From positions 6,767 to 70,766 of the forward strand of contig JAJRVY010000272.1 in NCBI GenBank assembly GCA_024277065.1: 64,000 nt of DNA, in the 5' to 3' direction. The position numbers and the translations under genes were made by a program. Positions 17,215 to 26,714 of this stretch are shown one piece after another. The first letter of the stretch is position 1. Each line of letters begins with the position of its first letter. The DNA is from Planctomycetota bacterium. GTDB lineage: Bacteria > Planctomycetota > JAJSAM01 > JAJVHW01. Under the pieces are notes generated by a model that had not been told where the DNA came from, did no database searches, and saw nothing but the letters and a program-made list of their open reading frames with translations.

Positions 17215-20172
17215 ATGGTCTCTCTCCGCTCCATCCCGGTTCTGCTGCCGGCCCTCTTCATCTTGGCCCTCGCGGCGGGGCCGGCCCGGGCCGAGGCGCC
17301 TGCCGAACCATCGCTCGCATTCTCCGAAACACCACCGCTCTCCCGACTGAAGGTCGGAACCCTCACGTCGTCGGGCAGGAGCACGAAGAAGTTCGCCGGC
17401 ACCGGAACGCTCACGTTCCTCGGCGACGTCGAGATCGATCTCGACGTCGTCGCCAGGAACAAGGTGAACAAGAAGCACCCGGCCCGTACGAGGGCCACTT
17501 ACATCCTCAAGTCTCCTCGAGGTGCGCTGCCCCGGGTGAGGGTGAAGTTCGTGATGCGGGGCGGCGCACTCTCCTCCCTCTCCGTGTCGCTCAAGGCCAA
17601 GGTGAAGAACGCGGCCGCCATCGCATCCACGGAACCCGGCGTCTATGAGATTCGGGGCATCCCGCCCCTCCGGGGAATCGACGTCCGCGGCGCCGCTCCG
17701 GTACTCGACCATGGCGAGCACCTCGGGCTGTCGGTGAAGAGCCAGACGGACAGGAAGGGCCGCACCACTCACTCGATCACTTCACGGTCGAAGAGTCCGA
17801 AGGTGAAGGGGAAGCTGACGATCGAAGGCGCGCCAGAGACGGTCGTGAGCGTCAACTTGAAGTACACCCTGTTCAAGAAGGGCCTGGACGGCGTCAGTCT
17901 CCGGACCGGCGCCTTCGCGATCGCGCCGCTCTCCGGCGTCGTCGCGGACGCACCCGGCGTCGTCGAGGTCAGGAACAGCCTGAGCAGTGCACCTGTCGGG
18001 TCCGGCGGCACGTTCACGATCAACGCCTTCGCCGAGGGCCGGCAGCTCGCCATGGGCGCGACATCCGACGGCACGCTCCTTCTCGGCTGGCTGGGAGAGG
18101 GGCGTACGACGCTGAGCGCCCGCAGCACGGCCGAGGTCATGCTCTTCGTGGCCGGTTCGATGTTCACGGTCCCTCTCGACCGCGTGGACACGGTGATCGA
18201 CGAGATCGCTGCATCGCAGCAGGCGGCAGACCTCGCCGTCGAGGTCGAGGCGGCGCTCTGGTCGGGCGCCTCGACGTTCGCGGAGTTGGTCGCAGACGTC
18301 GCGCCGCAGCTCTCCGATCTCACCGACCAACTCATCGCCGACGCCGGTGGGAAGAGCCTCCTGATCGACCCGATCGCGGGCAGCAGCGGCATCGACGTAA
18401 GCGCCGAGGGCTTCCAGAACGTCGTGATCACGAACTACTACCGCCGCCGCGCGCACGCTTTCATCCAGCGGCTCGGTCACACGCCCGAAGACGGGATCGG
18501 CTTCATCCAGGACGAGGCGGACCTCACGGATGTCGTGATCTCTCCCTCTCCGGGGATCAGTTCGGTGATCGGACTCCTCATCAGTCTCGGCAGCGGCGCC
18601 TACACGCCCGTCGAGAAGGGACCGTTCACGCTGCCGCTGACCCCCGACCGCGCGAGCTCGACCCTATACAAGGTCACGGTGGTGGGACTCGGCTTCTCGC
18701 AGGGAGACTTCGGCCAGCTGAATCAGACGCAGCGTACGTGGCACGCGCGCGTCGCCATCGAGACGATCGTACTCGATATCATCGGCCCCTGGCTGGCTGC
18801 GGCGGCGCTCCCGAGCGGCCCCCAGCAGGGGATGCAGCAGGTGGGTATTCGAATCGCCGGAGGCGGCGGGTTCGACAGGTTCACGGCCGAACTGCTCGTC
18901 GCCGTGCCTCTCGCCGCCGAGCAGGCCGCGGGCGGTGACTTCACCGGCGCCATCGGGGGGATACTCACCGCCTTGAACACCGACGACACGCTCACGACCC
19001 TGTTCACCGTCGCGCTCGCCGGGGCGGTGGAGAACGTGCTCGGCAAGGGAGCGGCCGAGGGAGTCACGGGTTTCATGGCCAAGTTCGCGCTCGAGGTACT
19101 GGCGCCTCTGGACATCAGCCTGAAGATCACCGACACCGTGGTCCAAGGTCTCCATATCGCGAAATCCAACAACGCGGACGTCTGGAACGTGGAGGTCACC
19201 AGCGCCAAGGTCTCGCTCGTACCCGAGTTCGAGATCGTCCGGAACACCAGCGGGCGGGTGGATCAGCCGGTCTTCGAGGCGATCGTCCAGGACGGCGAGG
19301 AACTGAACCTCACGTACAAGTGGTCGTGCGGCGACAAGGGCCGGATCGGCGACACCAAGGGCCACTTCGGCACGGAGTTCGAGTCCAGCGACGGGCAGGT
19401 CGTCTTCACTCCCGACGTCGGCGCCGAGGGAACCACTCACGTCACGGTCGAGGTGGAAGAGATCGTCGGCAGCGGTCGGAGACCGATCGGCAAGGCCAGA
19501 GCCAAGGTCGAGATCATCCGCCGCACCGTCCTCATCATCGAGCGGAAGGCATCGCTTGCCCCGAATGAGAGCAGGGACTTCGAAGTGCGCGTCGATCCAC
19601 CCGTCACCGACGGCACAGTCTTCTATCGCTGGAGCGGAACCGAGGACTTCGGACAGGCGGACGCCGCATTCGGCGAGGACACGAGCGACACGATCGTGAA
19701 CTACGTCGCCGGCGACGCAGAGGGGACGGACTCGCTTCACTGCGAGGCATTCCTCGTTCGCAACGGTCAGACCGAGTCGCTCGGCAAGGCAGACGGCGAG
19801 ATTCGCGTCGAGTTGCGCAAGAGCATCATCCTGGGCACCTACGTGTACGACGTGGTGGCCGTCACGGAAAACACCACATGTGGCGCCGCTCGGTGCCGGG
19901 TCGCCATCCCCGATGGCGCGATTCGTCTCGACCTGCGAGCCTACGGCCACACTGACCCCTCCTTCCACGGAAGCGAGATCAACAAGTCCGCCGTCCGGCT
20001 GGGCGACGGACGCTGGCGCTTCGGTTCGACGACCAACTCGCCGGACGACGCGTTCTGGAACCTGTCCGGGCTCTGTAGTAGTAGCGCGGAGAGCGTGACC
20101 GATGCGAAAGCCGTCTATGACGGCCGATTCGCCGCTTTCATCTACGAGATCGAGGTCACCTACGAGGAATGA
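17215..20172 (+). CDS. Large secreted protein (about 985 aa) of unknown function.
   Basis: GGAGG before ATG 17215. Signal peptide MVSLRSIPVLLPALFILALAAGPARA. No recognisable domain, few Cys, Lys-rich N-terminal module, about 60 % GC. The ORF-track start at 16993 adds R-rich junk. Confidence 0.75.
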   Translation: MVSLRSIPVLLPALFILALAAGPARAEAPAEPSLAFSETPPLSRLKVGTLTSSGRSTKKFAGTGTLTFLGDVEIDLDVVARNKVNKKHPARTRATYILKSPRGALPRVRVKFVMRGGALSSLSVSLKAKVKNAAAIASTEPGVYEIRGIPPLRGIDVRGAAPVLDHGEHLGLSVKSQTDRKGRTTHSITSRSKSPKVKGKLTIEGAPETVVSVNLKYTLFKKGLDGVSLRTGAFAIAPLSGVVADAPGVVEVRNSLSSAPVGSGGTFTINAFAEGRQLAMGATSDGTLLLGWLGEGRTTLSARSTAEVMLFVAGSMFTVPLDRVDTVIDEIAASQQAADLAVEVEAALWSGASTFAELVADVAPQLSDLTDQLIADAGGKSLLIDPIAGSSGIDVSAEGFQNVVITNYYRRRAHAFIQRLGHTPEDGIGFIQDEADLTDVVISPSPGISSVIGLLISLGSGAYTPVEKGPFTLPLTPDRASSTLYKVTVVGLGFSQGDFGQLNQTQRTWHARVAIETIVLDIIGPWLAAAALPSGPQQGMQQVGIRIAGGGGFDRFTAELLVAVPLAAEQAAGGDFTGAIGGILTALNTDDTLTTLFTVALAGAVENVLGKGAAEGVTGFMAKFALEVLAPLDISLKITDTVVQGLHIAKSNNADVWNVEVTSAKVSLVPEFEIVRNTSGRVDQPVFEAIVQDGEELNLTYKWSCGDKGRIGDTKGHFGTEFESSDGQVVFTPDVGAEGTTHVTVEVEEIVGSGRRPIGKARAKVEIIRRTVLIIERKASLAPNESRDFEVRVDPPVTDGTVFYRWSGTEDFGQADAAFGEDTSDTIVNYVAGDAEGTDSLHCEAFLVRNGQTESLGKADGEIRVELRKSIILGTYVYDVVAVTENTTCGAARCRVAIPDGAIRLDLRAYGHTDPSFHGSEINKSAVRLGDGRWRFGSTTNSPDDAFWNLSGLCSSSAESVTDAKAVYDGRFAAFIYEIEVTYEE

Positions 20173-20497
20173 GAACGTGAGCAGCCCTGACATCGACCAC
20201 CTCCCGGTCCCTCTCCGACGTGGCCCCGGACAGCGCTGACGGACTTCGTCAATCTGATCGAAGCGGTGACTCGCCGTGCTGCGCGCCAAGCGGTCATGCG
20301 CTCGCAAGGGCGCCCCCACCCGTCCCCACCCGCCCCCGCACGCGGGCGGAGCGAGCCGTGGCGCGTAGCGAGGGTGTGAGCCGGACCTCGCATGGCCGGT
20401 CCCCGAGCGGGGACGCGCCACCGACAAAGAGATCCCCGGTGCTGCGCGCCGAGCGCTCACGCACTCGCGAGACGGGTCCACCGCGCAGCGCCGGGGA

Positions 20498-21871
20498 TCA
20501 CCACTCGGTGAGCACCCAGGTCTTCCACTCCTTCTCCATGTCCTCGATCAGGGGGTAGTCGTACGTCGCGCGCCACGCGTCGTCGTCCGAGCGTCCGCCG
20601 CGGACGAGGTTGACGAGCAGTTCGGCGAACTTCTCACGGTCCTTCGTGACGAGCCAGGTGACGAGTCCGTACGCGCCCCCCTCCTCGGCCGGGCCGTAGT
20701 CGCCGATCTGCATGCGCAGGAACTTGCGCATGGCGGGGAACGTGCCGTCCTGGATCGCCTCGATGCACCGCTCCTTGCGTTCGTCGATGTCCTGCTTGCT
20801 GCCCTTCTTGCGCTTCTTCTTCCTACGCGCGTCGGACGTGCCGCCGGCGCCCTTGGCTGTCTTGCCACCGACGCAACTCGCGAGGTGCTCCCCCATCACC
20901 TCCATCTCGACCCACTCGCCGAGGCCCTCCTCGAGCCACGTCGGCGGCTTGCGGCTACCGCCCCAGATCTTCCAGACGGCGAGGTGGCCGACCATGTGTA
21001 CGCACGAGTACCACATGCCCTCGACGCCGCGTTTCGGGAAGCGGAGTTGCGTCGGGATCGGCCGGTCGCGCCAGACACCGCCGCCGGTCGGCAGCCGGGC
21101 GAACTTCATCCACGCCTCGCTCATGCCCCACTGCTTCGACAGCTTCGAGAGCACGGGCAGATACGACTCGTGGTTCGGCAGCGTGATGGTCGGCGAACGG
21201 TTGCGCCAGAGGCCCTCGCGACCGCTGAGATCGGCGATCAGCGCGTAGGCCTCCTCCAACGTCTCGGCGCGCTGCGCGAGATCCTGGTCCTCGGTACCGT
21301 CCACGAGCAGGAAGTGCTCGGTCTGGTAGACATCGACGGTGGTGCCGAGCTTCTGCGACCACTCGCGGCGCAGCTTCGTGCGCTCGGCCTCGGCCCGCAG
21401 GCGCGGCAGATCGACATTGCGCACCCACTTGCCCTCGAAGCGGACGTCGCCGTTCGCCTCACGCGCCGCCTCGTGGTCGGGGTCGAGCCGGAGGACCTTC
21501 GCCAGGAGTTTGCGGGCCTCCTTCGTGAGATCCTTGTCGCCGCCGGCGTGCTCGCGCAGGAAAGCGCAGAGTTCCCACAGGGCGGCGGCGGACTTGGGAG
21601 CGGCGTTCGCGGCTGCCGTGAGCCGTTCGTGGACCTCGACGGGCGACTCGCCGGACCGCCGCTCGGTGACCTTGGCCACCTCGAGTTTCTCGACGCCCGT
21701 GAGCGTCTTCACCCAGACGTACCCGCCGTCCTCGCGCAGGACCTTGCCGTCGATGGACGTTCCGTCGCCGAGGACGAACACGTCCGCGAACGAGAACGCC
21801 ACGAGGGCGCACACGAGGGCGGCGGCGAGGCCGGGGATGCGGCCGCGTGGGCCGGCGTCGTTGCTGGTCAT
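20498..21871 (-). CDS. Secreted hypothetical protein (457 aa) with a signal peptide and a KKKRKK basic patch.
   Basis: GGAG 7 nt before the ATG. Sequence MTSNDAGPRGRIPGLAAALVCALVAFSFA.... Contains an HMVGH element. Convergent with the large secreted gene. Confidence 0.7.
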   Translation of the reverse strand: MTSNDAGPRGRIPGLAAALVCALVAFSFADVFVLGDGTSIDGKVLREDGGYVWVKTLTGVEKLEVAKVTERRSGESPVEVHERLTAAANAAPKSAAALWELCAFLREHAGGDKDLTKEARKLLAKVLRLDPDHEAAREANGDVRFEGKWVRNVDLPRLRAEAERTKLRREWSQKLGTTVDVYQTEHFLLVDGTEDQDLAQRAETLEEAYALIADLSGREGLWRNRSPTITLPNHESYLPVLSKLSKQWGMSEAWMKFARLPTGGGVWRDRPIPTQLRFPKRGVEGMWYSCVHMVGHLAVWKIWGGSRKPPTWLEEGLGEWVEMEVMGEHLASCVGGKTAKGAGGTSDARRKKKRKKGSKQDIDERKERCIEAIQDGTFPAMRKFLRMQIGDYGPAEEGGAYGLVTWLVTKDREKFAELLVNLVRGGRSDDDAWRATYDYPLIEDMEKEWKTWVLTEW

Positions 21872-22066
21872 GGTCTACTCCTGTGCATCGCGGCGCTGCC
21901 ACCAGGATAGACGCGCGGCGCGCGCCGGGATTCCGCGATTCGAGGGCCGCCGGCGGCTTCTCGTGCCGCCGCCCGTGAGCGGGGGCGCGCCGTGGAAAGC
22001 GACGTGGGCGCCCGCGCTCGCGCGCGGACGCCCTTCGTTGTCGTGCCGGAGCAGCGACGACCACTG

Positions 22067-23065
22067 CTACATGTCGTCGTCTTCGCCGTCGGCATCGTCG
22101 GCGTCGTCATCGTCGCCGGACGCCTTCAACGCCTCGAGGCGCTTTTCCTGCGCGTCGAAGAAGCCCTTGGCCCGGGCGTTGTCACCGAACTTCTCGCGGA
22201 GTTTGCCCAGAGCGCGCTCGAAGAGATCGGCGTCGCCCTCGCGCTCGGCGTGACCGAGCAAGGCGATGAAGAAACTCTGGAATGCCGCTTCGGAGGTCGG
22301 CTCGCGGCCGGCCGCCCACATCTCGGCGAACTTCTTGCCGGCCGCCTCGGACAGCGCCTCGTACTCCTCGCGAGACTTCGGGCTGCCCATGGCATCCGCG
22401 ATCTCGAGGTCGGTCAGGAGACCGTCGATCTCCTTCTTCTGCGCGTCGGAGAGGCCCTCGAGCTTGGACACGCGGTCCTTGGCATCGTCGAGCTTCGCGT
22501 TGCCCATCTCGATGTCGTGCTTCAGCAGGAAGACGTGATCGTCCAGCGACTTGTCTTCCTTGGCACGGATCGCCATGAGCTTGGCGCCCGAATCCATCAT
22601 CGCGCGGAAGCCGGCGACGTCGCGGTTGCCGGACAGTTTGGCGATCACATCGCCGTTCTCGTCGAGGGCGGCCAGCGACGGAAAGCCGCCGAAGCCCTTC
22701 TCGGAGAGCAGGTTCTCGTACTTACGGCCCTCGAGCCGCGTCGTGACGTGTGCAAACATGACGAAGTCCTTGGCGAATGCCGCGAACTCTTCGGTGGAGA
22801 ACGGACCGTCCTCCAATGCTTTGCAGGGGGGTCAGAACGAGTACGAGCGCGTGAAGTAGGTGAAGATCGGCTTCCCCAACTCCTTCGAGCGCTGCCGGGC
22901 GACGTCGTAGTCGTCCGTGAAACCGTTGTCGGTGAACCAGGCCTCGGCCACCTTCGCTTCGTACTTCGCCTGGAGATCCGCCTGCGCGGAATCCTGAGCG
23001 AAACCGACCGCCGCTGCCCCGGCCACGAGCAGGCCGGAAAGGGCGATCCCGATCGATCGAATCAT
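22067..23065 (-). CDS. Periplasmic thioredoxin-fold protein (Thioredoxin_7-like) with an in-frame TGA at 22832-22834. Candidate selenoprotein (S-F-U-P-P-C-K).
   Basis: Track ORFs 22832..23065 and 22067..22816 are in the same frame with one TGA between them. The read-through gives ...ELGKPIFTYFTRSYSF[TGA]PPCKALEDGPFSTEEFAAFAKDFVMFAHV..., i.e. the thioredoxin active-site context with UxxC. Signal peptide MIRSIGIALSGLLVAGAAAVGFA; GGAGG RBS. Confidence 0.6.
22795..22816 (-). promoter_or_regulatory. Candidate SECIS-like stem-loop 17 nt downstream of the UGA (minus strand).
   Basis: GGAGGAC-GGUCC-GUUCUCC: 7-bp stem including one G-U pair, with a 5-nt loop. Confidence 0.3.
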
Positions 23066-23203
23066 GAACTACCTCCTAGGGGTCCGCGGCCCACGACGGG
23101 CCCGGACGCCAGAAACGCTATCACGTCGTGGCCCGAAACCCAGCCACCGACGATGCGCGCTCGGACGAGCGCCGCGCGCCACATGTTCCACGGAGTCCGC
23201 GAT

Positions 23204-24715
23204 TCAGATGTCCTCGGAGCGCCGCTGCAGCTCTTCGTCCAGCACACGGAGAACGTTCTCCCGCTCCTCGGGCACGACGTAGTCGAGGTTGACCTGGCGG
23301 TCGGTGACCTCCCAGAACATGGCATCCGTCGTGGACTCGATGTCGCGCGTCGCAACCTGCAGATCGTGCGCGGACGCCGTCGCCAGCAGACGCCGCAGGC
23401 GTGCGCACTCGTTCTCGTGCCCGAGCGACTCGAGCGCGGCGTGGAGCATGGCCTGGGACTTGACGAAGCGCGGTCCCGAACCCTCCTCGCAGAGACTGCT
23501 GAACTCGTCGAACAGCCTGGGCGCCGCCGTGTTGTCGCGCTCGTAGGCGGCACGGACGACGGCGGCGAAATCGGCCGCAGCGAGTTCCTGGATGAAGCCG
23601 AGATCCGCGCCACGGGCGAGACCTGCGTAGTAGCGGAAGTAGCGCCCGATGTCGATCACGCGGCTCGAGCGCGTCGCCAGCAGGTCGATCGCGAGCAGGC
23701 GGTACTCGTGCAGCACGTCGAACACGGCGTGCGCGTCGCGTTTCGCGATGGCGGCGCGCACGAACGTGTTGAAGAAGCGGATGCTCAGCACGAGCACGGC
23801 GTGGTTGCCCACGGCGCTGGCGCGCAGCCCGACGCGCCCGTTGATCAGCGAGATGGCGCTGACGGCGTCCGGCATCTTGGCCAGCGCGGCCTCGTACGCG
23901 AGGTAGAGTTGCAGGAGCGTCTTGTGCTCGACCCACGTGCGCTCCTCGTGGAGCAGCGCGATGGCCTCGGCCGAACGCCCGGGAAAGCGCTCGCGCTCGA
24001 CACGGAACCACGCCTCGTTCAGGCGCTTCTTCGTCTTGGCGTACGCGACGAGTGTCTCGTCGAGAGCTCGGATCGCCTCCAGCGCGACGTCGCGGTCCGA
24101 GCGATCGACGGCGCGCAGGACGACGTTGCCGAGCTGCAGGATGCGGTCGTCGAGGCGCCGCCGGGCATCGGAGTACGGCCCCTCGGCGGGGATGCGCTGG
24201 ATCTCGTCCGTCACGCGCTCGCGAACGCGCCGGATGATCGTCGAGGGGTTCAGGAAATCGACGACGTAGATGTAGTACGGAATGACGACGACGAAGCCGA
24301 GGATGCCCGAGAACGACAGCACGTAGACGTGGAGGCTGGGCGTCCAGCCGTTGACGAAGATCGTCTGGCAGTAGATCGCGTGCGCCCCCATCGCGGCGAA
24401 GTAGAGCAGGCATATCTGGTTGATGCGGTCCTGGAAGAAGATCTCGACGAGCTTCGGCGTGTACATGTTCGCCGTGATCGGGATCGCGATCGCGACGAAC
24501 GCCAGGACCATCGCCAGCAGGTTGTTGATCGCACGGGACACCGTGGAGGCGAGCGCGCGGGCCGTCGGCGGGTCGTACTCCAGCGCCATCGGGTCGATGC
24601 CGTGCCGCCACAACTCCCAGAGCGTCTCGGCGACGAAGACGACGGCGAGTGAGAGCACGAGGCCGCCCAGAATCCGGATGGCGAGTCGCTGCATCGAGCC
24701 TTTGATCCTGCGCAT
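23204..24715 (-). CDS. DUF2254-family integral membrane protein.
   Basis: N-terminal TM helices (LAIRILGGLVLSLAVVF, AMVLAFVAIAIPI...) and a long soluble C-terminal domain. Start chosen at MRRIKGSMQRL; ATG 24694 is an alternative. Confidence 0.6.
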   Translation of the reverse strand: MRRIKGSMQRLAIRILGGLVLSLAVVFVAETLWELWRHGIDPMALEYDPPTARALASTVSRAINNLLAMVLAFVAIAIPITANMYTPKLVEIFFQDRINQICLLYFAAMGAHAIYCQTIFVNGWTPSLHVYVLSFSGILGFVVVIPYYIYVVDFLNPSTIIRRVRERVTDEIQRIPAEGPYSDARRRLDDRILQLGNVVLRAVDRSDRDVALEAIRALDETLVAYAKTKKRLNEAWFRVERERFPGRSAEAIALLHEERTWVEHKTLLQLYLAYEAALAKMPDAVSAISLINGRVGLRASAVGNHAVLVLSIRFFNTFVRAAIAKRDAHAVFDVLHEYRLLAIDLLATRSSRVIDIGRYFRYYAGLARGADLGFIQELAAADFAAVVRAAYERDNTAAPRLFDEFSSLCEEGSGPRFVKSQAMLHAALESLGHENECARLRRLLATASAHDLQVATRDIESTTDAMFWEVTDRQVNLDYVVPEERENVLRVLDEELQRRSEDI

Positions 24716-24785
24716 GGGCGCCCGATTGAACGGGCCGCCCGCCCGGACCGCAACCCGCGATTGACGGTGACGGCGCGCGCGGCCC

Positions 24786-26219
24786 TCAGTCGCGGGTCCA
24801 GCGCACGCCGTCCGGCCCGTCCTCGAGCCGGATGCCGCGGGCCGCGAGTTCGTCCCTGATGGCGTCGGCACGAGCCCAGTCACGGTCCTCGCGCGCCGCC
24901 GTTCGGGCGTCCACGAGACCCTGTATCTCGGCGTCGTCGGGCCGCGCCTCGGGCGTGGACGCGGCGTGGGCGAGCAGGTCGAGCCCGAGCACCGAATCGA
25001 GCCGCTCCCACGTCCCGCGCAGGCGCGCCGCGTCGCCGCGTGACACGGTCTGCGCCCGATTGACCGCCGCGCGCAACTCGTGGACGACGGCCAGGGCGGC
25101 CGAGACGTTCAGGTCGTCCTCGAGCGCAGCGAGGAATCGCGTCTCCGCGCCGGCAGAGAGCGCGGCGAGCGACGGGTCGTCGGCGACGCCGTCCGCGGCG
25201 GTGATGCCGCGCACGCTCGTGTCGAGACTGCGCACCGCGCCCGCAGCGGCGTCCAGCGCGGGCCACGTGAAGTTCATGGGCTGGCGGTAGTGCGTCGCGA
25301 GGAGCATGTAGCGCAGCGCACGCAGGGAGTGCCCGCGCGCCTCGATGTCGTCCACCGTGTACATCGTGCCGGAGCTCTTGGACATCTTGCGACCGTCCAC
25401 GAGCAGGTGGCGGTTGTGCAACCAGAGACGCGCGAACGGCTTGCCGGTGAGCCCCTCGCTCTGCGCGATCTCGCACTCGTGGTGCGGGAAGATGTTGTCC
25501 TCGCCGCCGGTGTGGATGTCGATCTCGTCGCCCAGGTACTTGCGCGCCATCGCCGAGCACTCGACGTGCCAGCCGGGGTAACCCCGGCCCCAGGGCGAGT
25601 CCCACTGCATCTGGTGCTGCTCGTCGCGCTTCCAGAGCGCGAAGTCGGCCGGGTGGCGCTTCTCCGGGACGACGGCCACCCGCGCCCCCGCCTCGAGTTC
25701 CTCGACCGTGTTGCCCGACAGCCGCCCGTAGGCGGGAAACGTCGCGACGTCGTAGTAGACGTTGCCCGCCGGCGTCACGTACGCGTGGCCGCGGTCGATC
25801 AGGCCCCGGATCATGGCGATCATCTCGGGCACGTGCTGCGTGGCGCGCGGGTACTCGTGGGCCGGGAGAATGTTCAGACGGCGCGCGCTCTCGAAGAACT
25901 CCTCGGTGTAGCGCGCGGCGATGTCCCAGGCCGTCACGCCCTCGCGCCGCGAGGCCGCCTCGAGCTTGTCCTCGCCGCTCTCGGTGTCGTCGAGCGTCAG
26001 GTGCCCGACGTCGGTGATGTTCATGATCTGCCGCACCTCGTGCCCCCCGAGTTCGAGGGCACGCCGCAGCACGTCGGCGAACATCCAGGCCCGGAAGTTG
26101 CCGATCTGGGGCGTCGAGTAGACCGTCGGGCCGCAGTTGTACATGCGCACGACGCCGGGCTCGAGGGTGGCGAGCTCACGCGTCTCGCCGGTCAGCGTGT
26201 CACGGAACAGGAAGGGCAT
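24786..26219 (-). CDS. cysS: Cysteine--tRNA ligase.
   Basis: Class I aaRS with a KMSKS motif; NCGPTVY in place of HIGH. Length about 477 aa. Confidence 0.9.
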   Translation of the reverse strand: MPFLFRDTLTGETRELATLEPGVVRMYNCGPTVYSTPQIGNFRAWMFADVLRRALELGGHEVRQIMNITDVGHLTLDDTESGEDKLEAASRREGVTAWDIAARYTEEFFESARRLNILPAHEYPRATQHVPEMIAMIRGLIDRGHAYVTPAGNVYYDVATFPAYGRLSGNTVEELEAGARVAVVPEKRHPADFALWKRDEQHQMQWDSPWGRGYPGWHVECSAMARKYLGDEIDIHTGGEDNIFPHHECEIAQSEGLTGKPFARLWLHNRHLLVDGRKMSKSSGTMYTVDDIEARGHSLRALRYMLLATHYRQPMNFTWPALDAAAGAVRSLDTSVRGITAADGVADDPSLAALSAGAETRFLAALEDDLNVSAALAVVHELRAAVNRAQTVSRGDAARLRGTWERLDSVLGLDLLAHAASTPEARPDDAEIQGLVDARTAAREDRDWARADAIRDELAARGIRLEDGPDGVRWTRD

Positions 26220-26222
26220 CGG

Positions 26223-26714
26223 TCAGTCCGAAATGGGTGCGAGGAGGACGACGGCGCGCGCCTCGATGGCGCGCCCCTCTCCGATCGCGCCGAGGCCCTC
26301 GGCGGTCTTGGCCTTGACGCCGACGCGGTCGGCGGGAAGCCCCAGCATAGACGCCAGGCTCGCGCGGATGGCGTCCTTCCACGGGCTCAGCCGCGGACGC
26401 TCGGCGATCACGATCGAATCGACGCTGACCGGCGCGAATCCGAGCGCGCGCGCGCGGCGCAGCGCCTCATCGAGGAACGGTCGCGAGTCGGCCCCCGCGA
26501 GCCGCTCGTCGGACGGCGGGAAGATGTCGCCGATGTCGCCCTCGCCACAGGCGCCCAACACGGCATCGGTGATCGCGTGCAGGAGCGCATCGCCGTCGCT
26601 GTGGCCGAGCGGGCCGACGTCCGAGGGGATCTCGACGCCGCCGAGGATGCACGCCCGCCCGGCGGCGAGGCGGTGCAGGTCCGCTCCGATCCCGATGCGC
26701 GGGGCCTCTTTCAT
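26223..26714 (-). CDS. ispF: 2-C-methyl-D-erythritol 2,4-cyclodiphosphate synthase.
   Basis: IGIGADLHRL...HSDGD motif. 163 aa. Confidence 0.9.
   Translation of the reverse strand: MKEAPRIGIGADLHRLAAGRACILGGVEIPSDVGPLGHSDGDALLHAITDAVLGACGEGDIGDIFPPSDERLAGADSRPFLDEALRRARALGFAPVSVDSIVIAERPRLSPWKDAIRASLASMLGLPADRVGVKAKTAEGLGAIGEGRAIEARAVVLLAPISD

Noticed and set aside
18664-20481. 605-aa minus-strand ORF.
   Set aside because: Antisense to the large secreted protein gene, which has an RBS, a signal peptide and consistent codon usage. No motifs.
7444-21871. Lower-GC genes (7444-8163, 17215-21871, 53790-55253) as horizontally acquired islands.
   Set aside because: Third-codon positions remain strongly G/C. 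The lower GC comes from Lys/Asn/Glu/Tyr-rich protein composition, not foreign codon usage. No integrase, tRNA or direct repeats flank them.
21872-22066. Sigma54-like TGGCAG...ATGCA upstream of the 20498-21871 gene.
   Set aside because: The spacing between the GG and GC elements is one nucleotide too long and the -12 element is poor.
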